Shown: positions 28,455 through 42,562, counted from the stretch's first letter. The stretch: 64,000 nt of DNA from Balanoglossus misakiensis (GCA_040954595.2 CM082577.2:5196301-5260300), one strand, 5' to 3'. Notes: generated from the sequence alone by a model not told the origin. A program made the numbers and translations.

Positions 28455-31400
28455 CTATATTGGTGACTTAAAATAAGAAATAAGTACACAAACAATAACA
28501 ATAAACCGGCTGTAAGAGCGCCACCAGATGACACCAGGCCAATGTAAATACCACCACCACCGCCAACACCATTACCACCACCATCACGTTTGTTATTGCA
28601 AGAATTTTTATAATCCTCGAAGACGCGGGAAATATCATTTTTGTCAAGTACGAATTTCGGTGAGGTCGATATTTCTTACCGAGGAGCTTCGGGAAATAGT
28701 AGCAACGTTTCATGTATTCGGATTGTGAAAGCACACCCCTCAGGTCGTCTCCGTGTTATTTCTGTTCAGGCCAGGAGCGAACATTCGCGATTAGACCCGC
28801 GCTGCAATCTGACAACAGATTGCGTTTTTTTTATAGCGCAAATGCACCGAAGATAACGCTAAGAGGTACGCTATTCTCGCCGCTCTCATCGTCGTAAATC
28901 AAATTGCCGTTTTGTCACGTCGGTGAAACAAAACATGACGTCATTACATCCACTGATATCGCACCCCTACCCATCTGACATGAAGACAGACGGGGCTTTA
29001 ATCATACGCATTAGAGCACTGTAACATTCAATCAGAATTCCACACATAAACAACACACACATACTGACGAAAATAGATTTCTATGATCTTATCAATGTTA
29101 CTGTAAGATAACGGTTTTTATATTTGACCATTTCTAATAGGCCTAATTGCGAGATTTCATTCATTCTACTCCTTTTTATGACGATGTAGTCAAACAGATA
29201 GATGGAATAAAAAAAGTACGAAAGTCCACGGCGCAATGAGCCAAAACTGCCACACGCAAAGAAAGAACTACTAGTATAGATTAAACTTTCTTTTTACTAT
29301 TTTCATGTTTGTGATGTTATTCATTTGTATTTTACCAGAGACGTTCGTGTTGCATTAGTTCTGGTCATTCCAATTTGTGATGGGCCCATCTGGCTAATAG
29401 AAATGAGTACATCCATTATTGCTATCTAAATCAATACAAGTCATTCAGAAGAAAAATATATAAGCTAAACACTACTTCAAGCACCAGCTTCAGTGGCGAC
29501 GTGTTATTTCAAGAAAGCCTTCAAGTTGACATTTTACGATGTCTTCAGATATGTCCATTGTCCGTGAAAGATGCATGTTGTTCTACCACAATGCAAGTCT
29601 CAGTAAAATGATATATGTCGACGATTACCATACTGCCTTTTACAGATCAAATATGTAACACATGTAACTAGATTTGCATCATACATATCTAATACGAGTA
29701 TGCCACTTGTGTGAACACGGGAGCTCATTTCCGTACCAATGACCCCAGCTCTGTGTCCGATGGATGGATGAACAGAATAACAACATCTTGTCAACGGAAA
29801 CAACATCTTGTCAACGGAAAGCATGGCGTCGACGATTTCATATTGGAACTTACGCAATCATTTCAGTCTTGCACGCTCCTCGCCATTGTTCAATCAGTTA
29901 CAGAACATATTTTGAAGACATACAAGCAACGTGATCTTCAATGCTCCTTGTTTTTTCACGATACTCTTAATGACAAGCGTCCGCCTGGAGCCTTAGAGTA
30001 TTTCTTTCCTATTCAACATTCTTATCATACCAGATCAAAAGAAATAGGCAACCTATTTATTCCGTAATACAACAGTAATGCTGGACAACATTTCTAAAGT
30101 ACACTGCAGCAAAGGTCTGGAATAATCTTCCCGAAAATATCCGTTCTATGAGTTCAAAATATTCGTTTAAAAACAATTTTTTTTCTTCTCAGAACAAGAT
30201 CAGATTGATGTTTTTGTATTGTTGTAAGAAGTACACGGTAACTTCCAAAGTTACATATGTCCTTAAATGGCCAAAATTGCAGAAATGTTCTTTTTTTTAA
30301 TTCTTTCCGACCGACCAGATGCCACGCTCGCTCGCTCCTTATGTGAGAAACACTTTTACGGGTAGAATGCGCTTCGAAAATCAGAGTCTTAAACCTTTTC
30401 TCACGTTTTTGCTCGGGGCAACTTTAGATTATATTTTCTTAAAAAATTGAGAATAAATATTAGGGTCATCGTGCAAAATTTGAGTGAGAGAGCAAACGGT
30501 CTCAAATTCAAAATGGCCGCCAATCTCTGTATAGAAACAGAACGGTGTAAACCCTGTTTTTCTTCTACGTTTTCTAAATGACTCTACACACACTTTAACA
30601 TTGCAAAGAATCGAAAGGTTTGGAGGGCGATCGCTATTTTATGAAAATCCGTCCCCGAGGCGCGTACGAAGTCACCCGAAGTATCTGACTATTGCGTATT
30701 CACCGCGGCCCTGAAGCAACTCCTTCATCCGTGAAGTAACGTGTAGCTGCAAAGGTGCGTTCCTTCGAAGAGAAGAAAGCTCCACAACTTGGCAGTATTC
30801 ATTAGACCAATCTGCCGTACGTACATAGGCTAGTTAAGGGCATTCAGTCAAACAAAATAACAATTGTAATTTATACTACAATTAGGCCCATATTTGTCCT
30901 GATTTATGCTAATTGAATATCATAAAAGTTGGTTTATCGGTATTTTCCCCGCTGAGTCCTAAAATTAATCACTTAATATTTGGCTTGTGGATTGCATCCT
31001 CCAAGCCATTATTTTTTCCACGTGTGTGGCCACCATTCACCAACGTTGTTCGGAGCTCCGCAGAATTGCGTCATTGCATATGTACAGGGAGAAATTAATG
31101 TTGATATTCCATTAGCTTTGATTTTCCTCTGGTAAAATTTCTTTGATCTCGATTCACTGCGTGACCTTACGTGGATTGAGATCTCGTCGTTGTTTTTTTC
31201 TTCTGTAGGTAGTTTTTCCCGATTTGAATACATATTATATGACCCCGAGGGACTCGGAATCGTTAACATCGTGATTAATATAAATAAGACTTTTACTACA
31301 CCCATTGCGCGGTATTATCTCGTGATCGTCGGAAGTTTTCTGCCATTCTGCGATTAAGATCATTTTTCACAAGCACCGCCGAGGATCTTCGCGCTAAACA

Positions 31401-34400
31401 TTTGTCACTAATCTCCCGAGACGAAACGTACCTACATGTACCTGTGGAATAAAAATCTTACGTTGTGCAAAATTCTGCCCATAATCTTTTATTGCTTTGC
31501 GTGAAGCATGGTGCGTGGGTACAGAATTCGCAGTGCGCGGCGGAACTCTTCATGAATTCATTGTTTTAATACGTTATTTTTTGCAAGTCAGTCTCACTCT
31601 ATATTTTCTAATATTAGTATAATCTCGTGCATAATTTCCTATATGTGAGACTTTTTGCTAGTTGTAGCCCCGTAGCCTATATTGAACATTAACATACGGC
31701 TAGACAGGATATCACATGACCGATTCAATAATCAACTATTCAGTTGGCCCAGGGACGAAAATACACCTGAATCTCTTGTTTTATGTAAACAAATATGCCT
31801 GTATTTTCTCGTTTGTAAACCCGTTTTATTCACAATGCAATTATCCCAAAATAGTTCTAATCGTATTATCAGTTGAAATGCCAGAACATCTTCAAAATTG
31901 AGTACCAGGGGTAACCATGCTTGCTCGAAGCCACTGTTGCATACACTGACTCAAAATTACAGCCAAGAGTGTCATATTACGCGTAAAAGGAAAATAAGGT
32001 TTCGGGCGACCACAATATCGAACAGACGGAAAGGAAATTCTGTCGACATGCGCAAATTAAGTGAATTGTATCCCATAAACTTCTACAATGACCAATTCCA
32101 TATGAGCTATTACGCGCATAAAATCTACTGTATTTCTGAAGCGGTCCATACTCAGGAGTTCGAGTATTTTGTATGGCGAAGCAGGGTACCCTCAGTCTTT
32201 TCGAACCCCCTAGCATGTCTACTTTGTTGCACCTCTTGCAGTTAAGGCCAATACTCTTCCATTGTCTTGGATTCGACGTGCGTTGTAAATGTGTTTTTTT
32301 GGTCCGTTGCCTTTGTATGTTGCTGTTTGGACGCGTGTTGAAATTTTGAATTGGTGCCTTACGCTCGTGATCTCCTGCGCAATTTCACAATTTCCTAGAA
32401 GATTAAGGTCAAAAGCAATAATCCCCGAGTACCCATACAGAACAACAAATCAACGACCTTTATGATGAAAGAAAAATGAAAATTCTACTCTTGATTATAA
32501 ACAAGCCGAGGATATAATACCGTGAACCAGACAAACAGAGCGTGACGCTTGAAGACAAACTATAGACCGTATTCTGATATTTCAGGGCAATTGTAGTGAT
32601 ATTAATTACAGGCCCTCTCCAGTTGATTTATCCTCCGTATGCATATCTGTTTCCTATATCATCCTGTTTTCCTCTCATTAATTATGGAAGAGTACATCTC
32701 CGTGGAATAATGGCAGTCATTTTATTGGAAAGTGAACGCCATATATTATGGAACGTGTAGTTCTCGTGTACGTGTGCATGGACTTTTTATGCCGAGTGAC
32801 CCCCCCCCCCCTTCCCCTCCGCTCCGTAGTACTTTACTTGCGAGCGTACGACCATTTGTCGTGGGTGATTATGCTTAGAACACCTAAGTGGCACTTTGCG
32901 GATTGAACTGCGAATTAAGTGGGTGGAAATAGCGCGAATCCGAACGCGCGCACATCATCAGCCCGGGACACCAGCTCATTCTCCCCCGGCCGGTATCATG
33001 CACGCACCGGCAGGAGTTGAGTCACAGCTCGTGTCGAAACGCGAACGCGGACACTCGTTGATGCTTTGATGCAAAAACGCCCAGGATGGTGTGCATTTGT
33101 GTAATATCTTTTAGAAAATGTAGTGAAATTTTGTGTGTGACTTTTTCACAGCATCATAGCTAAAGAAGCACATGACATACATAACGAAGTACAGTAGTAG
33201 TTACTGACAACAACCCAACAAACAGAGCGTGACGAGACACCATACTAAATGGGATTCGCTACTATAATGACTGTACTTTCTGTTTGCAGCTTCGTCGTGG
33301 AATTGTATAAACGTGATCGAACTGATGGGGGCACGGGAACTCGAAGGAGACATTTTGACAGGTATGGTAATGTTTCGCCTGCTGGTGCGAACTCAGTTTA
33401 TGTAAGACTCGGTGTCGGCATTTCTTTGATGACGTCACCATGCACGGGGACGAGAGACCCGCGTTGTCATGGACGGCACGGTGTTGCCAATGGCAACATG
33501 CCAATGGCAACCTCCCAGTAACTTTGACATCCACGTCCGCATTGTTTACCTATTTCATTTGAAGCGTTTTTTTCTTGTTTCAGAGCAATTGAAATCGGTG
33601 ATAGCGTTTGAAATCATCAGTTTCGTGGCATCGTGTAGTGCCGGTGTGAGTTCGATTGTGGGTTGGCTGACTGGTCATCCGCTGGCCATGCTGGTTTCAG
33701 GGGTAGTTGGGGCAATGGCTGGTAAGTAATGAATGTATGTGTGTATGTGTGTGTGTATGTACGTTTACAGTGTGGACATATTTCCTGGATAATGAAAGAG
33801 AGAGAAACTTAAATGAGGTCATGATCATCTCGTAAATCTCGCAATGTCCAGCAGTACAATATTAACGAGTAAATCTTCCCATCGTAATGTATAACGTCTG
33901 GAGAAAATCAGTGGTTTGTAAAGTCCGGAAGAGTCCCGAATGATGATGTCTCGGCGTTTATGGAGTGGAATATCCTACTCCAAATTGCACTTAACGACAC
34001 GAAGAGTCGTCGCTGTGCTGATATAATTGCTGATGATTCGTAATAATTACCCAAGAGCTTCGACAGAGACTCATAAGACCTGACGCGGATCGGACGCTTG
34101 AATTCATCTGATGTTGAAACTCACTTTCGTTCTGTGTTTTTGAGTTATAAGTTGAATTATTTACCAGCGATCCAGATGTGTACCCAACCAATTGTGAATC
34201 ACAGGCCCCTGCAAATAACTACAGGCAGCATTGTCTCAGTGCTGATGCGGTGAACACAAAGAGTTTTGGCATGCTGGAGGAGTAGAATGGGAAACTGTAT
34301 TTGACACGCAGCGAAAATAACCCCAAAATACCATATGAGAGGTACTATACGATCCAAAGGGGGCATGCGGAAAAACGAGTAAAAAAAGTGCAACCGACAA

Positions 34401-36000
34401 GCCGATGAGTCCGCCATAATGCATCCGCCCTCTCTAGTGCTTTAATTTCCTGAAAACCCGTCGCTGCTGGAAGTAGGAAGTGTCTGTCAAGATTGATGTG
34501 CCGGTGTTACCGTTTCGGTTTTAACATTTTCCCTATTCTCATGACGCTCATCCGCCATTTGTAATAGCTCAGCTGTCCGGCGCTGGCGTCAAAACGCGCA
34601 TGTATTATTCATTTTCATACCAGCAACACTCAGAGAGCTTTGTCTGTCTTGCCTTTTTGAAATAAACAATTTCATATCATGTCAATTAAAATGATATGTT
34701 TATATATAGTTGGGTTCTGAGTATCGTCCATTGGTTCGATTTCAAACACGTTGAAAGTATCAAAAGAAAATTGGAAACTGCAAGCAAGCAAGCAAGCAAG
34801 CAAACAGACAGTCAGGGTGTCCATTATACGGATACGAAACGGTGGGGGTGTATCCTCACATTTTTGGATGCATGGCACTATGGACGACATACCACAGGTG
34901 CCTGACGTTGTCGACACCTTCAGGCACCTGTTCCCGAGATCGGTGATGCATGGCACTCGACGGCACAGAAAGTTCAGTACGCGTGCCTACATGCCCGTTC
35001 TTCTCGCACCGAGAGAGGTTGAATTCATAGACTTTGCATCAAACAGGAAAGACGTGAAATTGTAAATCTGCACGCCAATGAAAGTAGACTATTCAATCTG
35101 TTATAACAGCTGAGCTACACATGGTAACCGAGCGACCTGAGAGCGAAACTCTTCAATTCGTGCACATGCCGAACATAAAGAAGGACTACTGAGTAATTTA
35201 TACGACCGTTCTTCAAATAACCCGGTTATACGGAACGTATTACGACTCTTAGAAATCTGAGACTGTTCTTAGGTGAAATAATGTTGTAATCAGAGACTTG
35301 TTCGGCGGGATATACCGGAGTCGTGGGGATAATAAATAATAAAAACATATTTCCAGACAGCCACGAGACGCTCATGACATTTTATTCTATGTGAAGGACG
35401 GTGTACGTCGTCACTGTTAAAGATGAGAAATTATATCTCATCGGCAACATCATAGCTGCATGAGGGTGTAAACGTTCTTTAGTCTCGATTTGGCTCCTGT
35501 CAGCCTCGCTATGGGGTCTCGGTTACAGAGACCAGACGCGCGCGCGCGACAACAGTCACAACCCCGCGGCCGCAACTGCAGCCGATTATACTAAGAAGTC
35601 CACGTCTGTTTTGTTTCTAGGTTTGTTCATGATGGTTGGGAATTCGATGTACATGATCGTCCACAACGAAGTGCAGAAGCGGTCGGGGGAGCTACAGTTG
35701 GGCTACGACGAAGTGTGGTACTTCGGGTGGTCCCTGAATCTCGGCTGGTGCGCCTTTGTCATGTGCACTTTGGCCACCCTTGTTCAATTCATCGTCTACA
35801 CGGCTTTTCAGAAGTACAGAAAAGAGCACCCAGAGGCGAATATGAGCTCGCTCTGCCAATATTTCAACAAGTTCGACTGCAGATGCAACTTTACGAAAAG
35901 CAGACGGAATACCTCGTCGAACAATCTACCCATTTCAATCTCTAATTCTAAAGAGGACATAAGCTTAAAAGCGTCGAATTCTCCACAGCCAGACGCGTAG
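27436..36000 (+). CDS. Claudin/PMP22-superfamily (CACNG/TARP-TMEM114-like) tetraspan gene C, 299 aa
   Basis: Exons 27436-27745, 33290-33361, 33584-33721, 35621-36000 (310+72+138+380=900 nt). All introns are GT-AG and phase 1. Motifs: GTSYW...HTGLFKHC | ASSWNC | EQLKSVIAFE...AMA | GLFMMVG...WYFGWSL. Exon 3 is 138 nt, as in gene B. Confidence 0.9.
28427..28454. repeat. (AT)n microsatellite
   Basis: Directly visible. Confidence 0.9.
29781..29820. repeat. Exact 20-bp tandem duplication (caacatcttgtcaacggaaa)x2
   Basis: Directly visible, just upstream of the LINE fragment. Confidence 0.9.
29880..30180 (+). mobile_element. Decayed LINE (L2/Crack/CR1-group) ORF2 C-terminal fragment in intron 1 of gene C
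   Basis: Broken frames read PLFNQL...SLFFHD...HSYHTRSKEIGNLFIP*YNSNAGQ/FLKYTAAKVWNNLPENIRSMSSKYSFK. This is the typical H-x-Y-x-TR...WN-x-LP...FK tail of these ORF2 proteins, with a stop and frameshifts. Confidence 0.8.
30357..30670 (+). mobile_element. MITE family 1, near-complete copy
   Basis: Left end ggtagaatgcgcttcg, right end cgaggcgcgtac (degenerate inverted repeat). The internal aaattcaaaatggccgcc block is shared with copies near 6240, 17150 and 45180. Confidence 0.65.
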
Positions 36001-39000
36001 TCGGCTACGTACATTTCGCAGATAAGCGCAACAACCTGCTTGCATTATGAATTAATGACTTTCTTGGCGAATTTTTCATGATATGTGCTGCCGTGGTTTC
36101 TGTCAATTTTTTTACGGTTCAGGCGTGCGGAAGATAGATAAAAAAATCACGTTTTAGTTGATAAAAAGCCGCATCGCTATTTGGCATTCAATATTTTTCC
36201 CAAGTTATAAAGTCCATTTTACTTCAACTAGGCCTATATTTAATTTTAGAAATCAGAAATGTTTACAGAATATTACGTATAACATCTTTCAAATTAAGGA
36301 GTCATCTTTGATATATATCTGTTGACTAAAACTTATCGTGTCCAATCTTCGGCAATATAGCCATCGTATCAGCTTTCAACTACGAAACTGCCGGGGAGTT
36401 TTTTTAATGTACACATTAGCCTAGATGGTTTTGATGGCAAGGTTTGTAATAATAGTCTCAACATGTTGCTTATTATGGAACCAGTGTAGACATACGGCCT
36501 GGTCTACTGAAGTTTGGGTTGTGACGTCAACTATGAGACAACAGCTGTATGCAGACAAATATCAGCGGAGGGGTCCGTGTCTGATTGACAGTTCCACTTT
36601 TAGCCTTGAGTTCCTAAACTAATCACGATCTTACTTTCAACCTCGTAGTCTGTTGTACTCGGCACAGTTCTGGCAGATTCCCGGCTGAGATTCTACATGC
36701 ATTCCAAAATAAACCTTAATACACGCAGGTGATAAATGCGATAGATCAGGTGACCCACCAGCCCCCGAGAAACTCGGGGACTGTGGCTTATCTAATCCGT
36801 CGAATCGGACACGCACAGATTGCACTTCCATGCTTTGTACGGTGACATGAATATTTTTCCGGATCAGATATTTTAAAACTTTTTTTTAAGTTGTTCGTTT
36901 TCTTCCACCAATCACTCACATAACTTGTTAACACTTCGCTTCTCCAGCACGTTGATGGGTTTCAAAAATAATGCCGTTTATAGTAGGTACATCAACATTT
37001 AGGGGTGAAGTATGAATTACTAAATTGGCAGAGAATATGCACTTTACTTCTGATTACATATTTTGATCCGATCATTAGGAAGTAGCTTTCAATGGAATAT
37101 CATTTTTTTCTAAATCTTGAATTAATACGAATATTATACAGCAGACATATGGGGATCACGCATGTTTACATAGATTGCAGTTCACATATTCGCTGAAATG
37201 AAATTAGGGCATCGATCACGGTGAGTTTGGATTTTACTATTTCGGGGATATGGTAACTATATTCTTTTGGAATATCAGAGACAGGCGGACGGTGTTTTGA
37301 ATGGTACTATAAATATACATATTAATTCTTAATTTGTGTGGTATATATGTAATTTTTTTTCATTGTGGCGTTGAGATACTTTATCATCCGCCTATATCAG
37401 TGTCCAAATGTATAATTGTCTGACTATGGTACTATAATTCTTCTCCAAATATTTATCTTTTTTGGCGTTGTTTTTGATCGAATTTGGCGACTGACGTGGT
37501 CTGGTTACTTCCCGTTATCTTTACATGCAATAAATTTGAGGCACAACTGAACAAAATATGATATCGCAGCCTTATTTTTTTGAAGTGTTCAGACTCTGAA
37601 TATTAATGCTGAAACATGGATATACTAATGGCGGAATGAAGCCTTTGAGCTCATTACACGATTCAAGCTCTGAAACTTAGTTTGTTACAGGTGAATTAAA
37701 ACACAGGCTGCTCACTGGCTAAATAGTTTAAACCAAAAATTTGACATTCGTCTACGCGTCTTTTTTTCTGACTGCAAAAAGTGTTAACGTTTGCGTCTGA
37801 CTCAACCTGTATTCGAATCGTGTAACAACGAAGGATGGCAACATTTATAAGCCGCTGGCTTCTTTTAATAACACACACCGCGGCATAGACCGATACCTGC
37901 CGACGGAAAGTTATCGATCGTTTTGGATCTTCCTTTGGCAACAGCCAGTGTGTCAGCTTCCTGGAATATCAACGAAATTTGAACTCTTGAAAGTACATGT
38001 AGTCGGGGAGATCGGCTGGTTACAGCCTGCACGTGTTTTACAAAGCAAGCACAATATGCTAACATCTAACCCTTCAAAATAAAACCAGCCAGGGTTGTAA
38101 AAACTTCATGTGGCTCGCTAAATTTAGCTTTTTTTGATAAAAGAGCGCTGTCGAAAATTTAAGAGCGATGACAACGGCTGAACATTTGTAATGTCTTCTT
38201 TAATAAACACCAGAAGACTATTGTTAGACACCCGCATGCATGTACATTGTAGCGGCTCGGGTCGGACACAATAGAGCGCGGAAAAAATTTCTTGTGTGCC
38301 ATTTAGCGTTTGCAGAAATTGTATTTTATTGTCGCCTTTGTGGTGAAAACGGCAGGCTATTTACGAGAGTGACCTGGATGTCACAAGTGATAGGTTTTTA
38401 AAACAATATATCTAAAAAACCCTATCAACAGGGGAAATACTATTTATGGTCTGACAGATCAAGTTGTTTTCGAGCTTGCGGGTAGACTTCCATTCTGTTT
38501 AGTTTGTTCATACATCTCGTTATCGAACTGTCGGGGGGGGGGGTCCTGTTATCAGTGAAATGATCCATGACGGTCTGTATCATCGCAAATATTACTTCTT
38601 CATGACCTTTAAGGATGTAGATGAAAATGTCAATACATCTAAAAATCCCTAGAGCGTTATGGAATTCTCGGTAATTAGCTTAGAAACACAGCGCTTACGT
38701 GGAAAGTCAGCATTATTGTCTTTGTTGGAAATAAATTGAAGCAATTCTGACTACATGTAGCTGTTGGCCGTTTTTTCATGACGCGTAAGTGACCAGGGGG
38801 GTGTGGAGAATCTTTTGGGCGAAAATTGTCTGCAGATGGTGCGGACAGGAACAAAATGGCTTCTGCAATGCATAGAGGAAAAGGTGGTGTGGCAATAGCA
38901 AAACAATTATCGCTGTTACAGTGGCTGAAAAAATTGCTGACATACGCAAATCCACTACCCCAAATAAATGAAATGGTTCTTCCCTAAAAATAAAGTTTAA

Positions 39001-39595
39001 CAACCAGAAAAACGACTACTGATTACACGGGAGAAAGGTGTGTACCCTATTAGTGAAGCGATCTAAACAAACCCACATGTACTAAACGCAACATCGCTTG
39101 TTTGCCACCATAAGTGAACACACAAGGGAGATAAAGTTTAAAAGAGGTTTGAAGAGCTGAATTCGACGCCATTAACTTTATCTCTTTGAAATGTCGACTG
39201 TGTACTTGCCAGTTCGACCCGAGATAGTGCTCTGCTTATTTGGATTGCCGGTACAGGTATAAAGGGTGTTTAAGCATAAAAGACATGATATCCTTGTCGT
39301 TCCGTGCGATTCTGTTGATATTGGAGTGTTCTCCTAGTGTCAACGTCAATTAGATTGGCGATCCGTTCCCGCGATAACGTTCTTTCCAAATATTATCAGA
39401 AATGTATAGCCGCGGAGAAACAAATGATATTGCCTTTAACTCATGGGCCGTCGCTATCAACCCCGCCTTTTATTTTAGATCACTGTGACACCCTGCCCAA
39501 AACACTGCGTGTTCTCGAGCGGCTATCGCTGTGGTTGCTCGCGAAGTTACGAGATGAAATGGAAGATTGAGAATTTAAAAAAATTGTATGATCAA

Positions 39596-39772
39596 CACGA
39601 TTGGAACTATTTTGGGATAAATGCATACGATTAAATTGTAAACGAAATGAGTAGTATTCGTTGCACGTATTAATTCTACCATTGTTTGAACAAACCAATA
39701 TGACAAAACGGCGGGTACGTGATACGTGTACTGCATTGTCAATTCATTCACATGCAACTATATCCCAAAATA
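39596..39772. mobile_element. MITE family 2, copy 1 (right TIR truncated)
   Basis: Left TIR cacgattggaactattttgggataaatgcat. The internal sequence aligns with the copy at 39964-40173. Confidence 0.75.
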
Positions 39773-39963
39773 TGAGTGAGGTTCTTGCATACGTTAGTAT
39801 GGTCAAATTTTACGGTAACCGTGGAACAATAGCCCCATGTGCATATTTCTCCAGTTTTCTTGAGAAAACTTCGCCCCGATGGCTCATGTATCTTGCTTTC
39901 ACAAGACCAAAACAACTGAGCACTTATTCTAAGCATGTAGTAAAATACATACCTTTTGATCCG

Positions 39964-40173
39964 CACGATTGGAACTATTTTGGGATAAATACATACACAA
40001 TGGGTATTATTCGTTGAACACGGGGAGAATATAGAAATTCTACTATTGTTTAAACAAACCAATATTGAAAGAAAGACGGCTGGTACGTAGTACGTGTACT
40101 ATATTGTGTCATGCTGAGTATACAGACTGTCAATTTATCCACATGCAATTACCCCAAAATAGTTCCAATCGCG
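39964..40173. mobile_element. MITE family 2, copy 2 with 31-bp terminal inverted repeats
   Basis: 39964-39994 and the reverse complement of 40143-40173 match at 27 of 31 positions. A further right-end copy lies near 31833-31865. Confidence 0.8.
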
Positions 40174-42562
40174 TTGCATCATGAAGTGAAAATGCGATAT
40201 TCTGGTTCAACTAATCAAACAGACCCTGCACTGGGATTCTAAGTACAGATTTGGAGGGATTTAAGGATCTTCTTTTGATTCACCTTCTAACATTAAGGAA
40301 CTGTTTTCTTTATACTGTTAGATTTGATACTCATCTCCCGAATTTTCGCTTGAGAGAAGATTGGCGAAGTCGGCTATGATGAGTGTAAAATATTGCACAA
40401 TATAAGACCACTGTGAATTTCAAACTGAAAATAAAACGGGCTGACAGTCTCCTAATTATCTTTCTTTATCGAGAATGTTGAAACAGACTGAATAATTGAA
40501 AACGTTATTTCGTAGATATCTAAAGCCAGTCACCGTGAATTGTGAGCGGACAGTAAACAGTGTATATCATTCTCTACTGGGAATTAACTCCATCCGAACT
40601 AGTAAGTCGCCCCGAGCAGACCATTACAGTATAGTGAAACTGGTAAGATTTCGGACATTTTCCAAGCGGTGGACTTGCGTCTAATGTGTAGTAAAGAGAC
40701 ATTGTCTGACTCTAATTACATTACATGAAATCATTTGTCTCAACAAAAACATTTAGTCTACATCCCTGGGCGCAATCAGAAGATTTATCGTCTGAATGCA
40801 ATGTTTTTTTTTTCCTCTCTCTCTCTCCAATTAAACAGAGCGACTTTTAAACGCCCACACTGCTGAGCAGTACTACCCGCGCGCGATGCACTACTGTCTT
40901 GTTTTCAGAAGAATTATTGCTTTTAAAGTATTTGCTTTTATTGCAAGATGTATTGCCGGTGGGACATCTCCGCACTGACTGATCCAAATGTAAACACAGA
41001 GAACCCCGGGGGAAAAGTCCATGCTCTGCTGACTAGCCATGTATCGATGTAATTCTCAACAAGCAAAGTCTCGATGAGAGGTATTGATCCCGCGGGATTG
41101 GTCCGCGGTTATCAGACGGCTGCTTGATCTCGCTTGTGGGGTTAGGATGATCACGGCTCTATTGCCCTTTCCCTAATCAACATCCCCTTTATCCAGAGTC
41201 TCTTGTTTGGGCTGCGACGTCTTCTCCCTCACCTGAGACACGTCGACCTATCAATTACATACCAAGAGAGTGCATATTGTACATGTATCAGGGCCAATGC
41301 ATTCTCGTCTGTCATAAATCAACCAAGTGAACAGCACACACAAACATCCGGCAAAGTCGAGAGCAGAGACAATACACGTAGCTGCTAGTTGTCACACTGT
41401 TTTCCAAAATGTACCAACTGGCGCTGCAGAGCTCAAAGAATATTACAAGACGTCCAATCTTGCAGTGTTTTGCATAAGGTTGGACCGTATCACAAAAAAG
41501 ACACCCTCCTTAAACCATCGTCCCTGAACCAAGTCTGAATGAAAATCGGACCAGCCATGTCCAGATAATGGCTTCACATTTGACTTTGCCTGTGGGGACT
41601 ACAAACTCCTGACAACTGACAACTTCCCAGCACTATTAAAATAGACCTGTTAGAATCGGTTTTTACAATTTAATTCCTAGTTTTCTGAAGTACGTTGCTG
41701 GAATGAGCACAATAAGGGACAAAACATTTGATCATCCTGTACTACTTATGATCACAGTCACCAAGAGACAGGCTTTGATTGAAATTTAACAAAATAATCA
41801 ATTATACTCTTCCTTATTACAATTATATAATTACACAGACTGTAACCACCAGGCTGTTTTGTTTGTTAAACAGGTAGTGGGCATGCGAAGTTGTCATGAT
41901 TTGTTCTTCAAAGTGGAAATTAGAAATGATCGATTTTTTACATCAGTTGATATAAGTATGGTGTGTTTCTATGGAAACACTGGATAAAAAAAACACTGAT
42001 TCACACCTTATTAGAGAGATGTACCAAAGAATCAAATTTAAACTCTCCTTCACAGAAACTTTCACTGTCTATATATAGGATGTCCTGTCAGCTGACATTT
42101 ATTGAGGTCAAGACAGGGACCGAAATATCAAATATATTGCACGCAAACAAGAATATAATATGATACGTATTTCACAGTCTTAAGGACAGTATGCATTTCT
42201 TCCTCACATTCAGTTTCAGATTCAGATTTTGAATTTATTTTCTAAAATCCAGATTGGCTGAAATGCAGGATTCAACTTCCGGTCAGGCTCAGATTCGTAT
42301 CTATTTATTTATCACATTTGAATTGATTGCACACTGCAGAATCACCTTGCATTTTTTTTCTCCTATCCATAACTGAGATATCAAAATGCAAGAAGGCCAT
42401 TTTATACAATCATTCTTGAGTAATAGTGGGTCTACAAAAGGAAACTTCGAATTCCTGCACTATGCACGAAATTTTTTGAAATCACAATGCCATTCTTTCA
42501 AATATAGATCTGTGAATGTGGGATCTGAATCTGAATCTGAATCAGTTTTTGGCCACATTAAA

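Noticed and set aside
29339-29410. Acceptor-like site in intron 1 of gene C
   Set aside because: It gives an in-frame stop or no usable donor; 33290-33361 fits instead.
41480-41610. Possible Helentron/HINE-like fragment (ccaagtctgaatgaaaatcgg...ggggacta)
   Set aside because: Resemblance from memory only; no second full copy or defined ends in the window.
42200-42545. Inverted (TTCAGA)n/(TCTGAA)n tracts in the WASHC2 3' UTR
   Set aside because: Short low-complexity hexamer runs; too little pairing to claim a structure or element.
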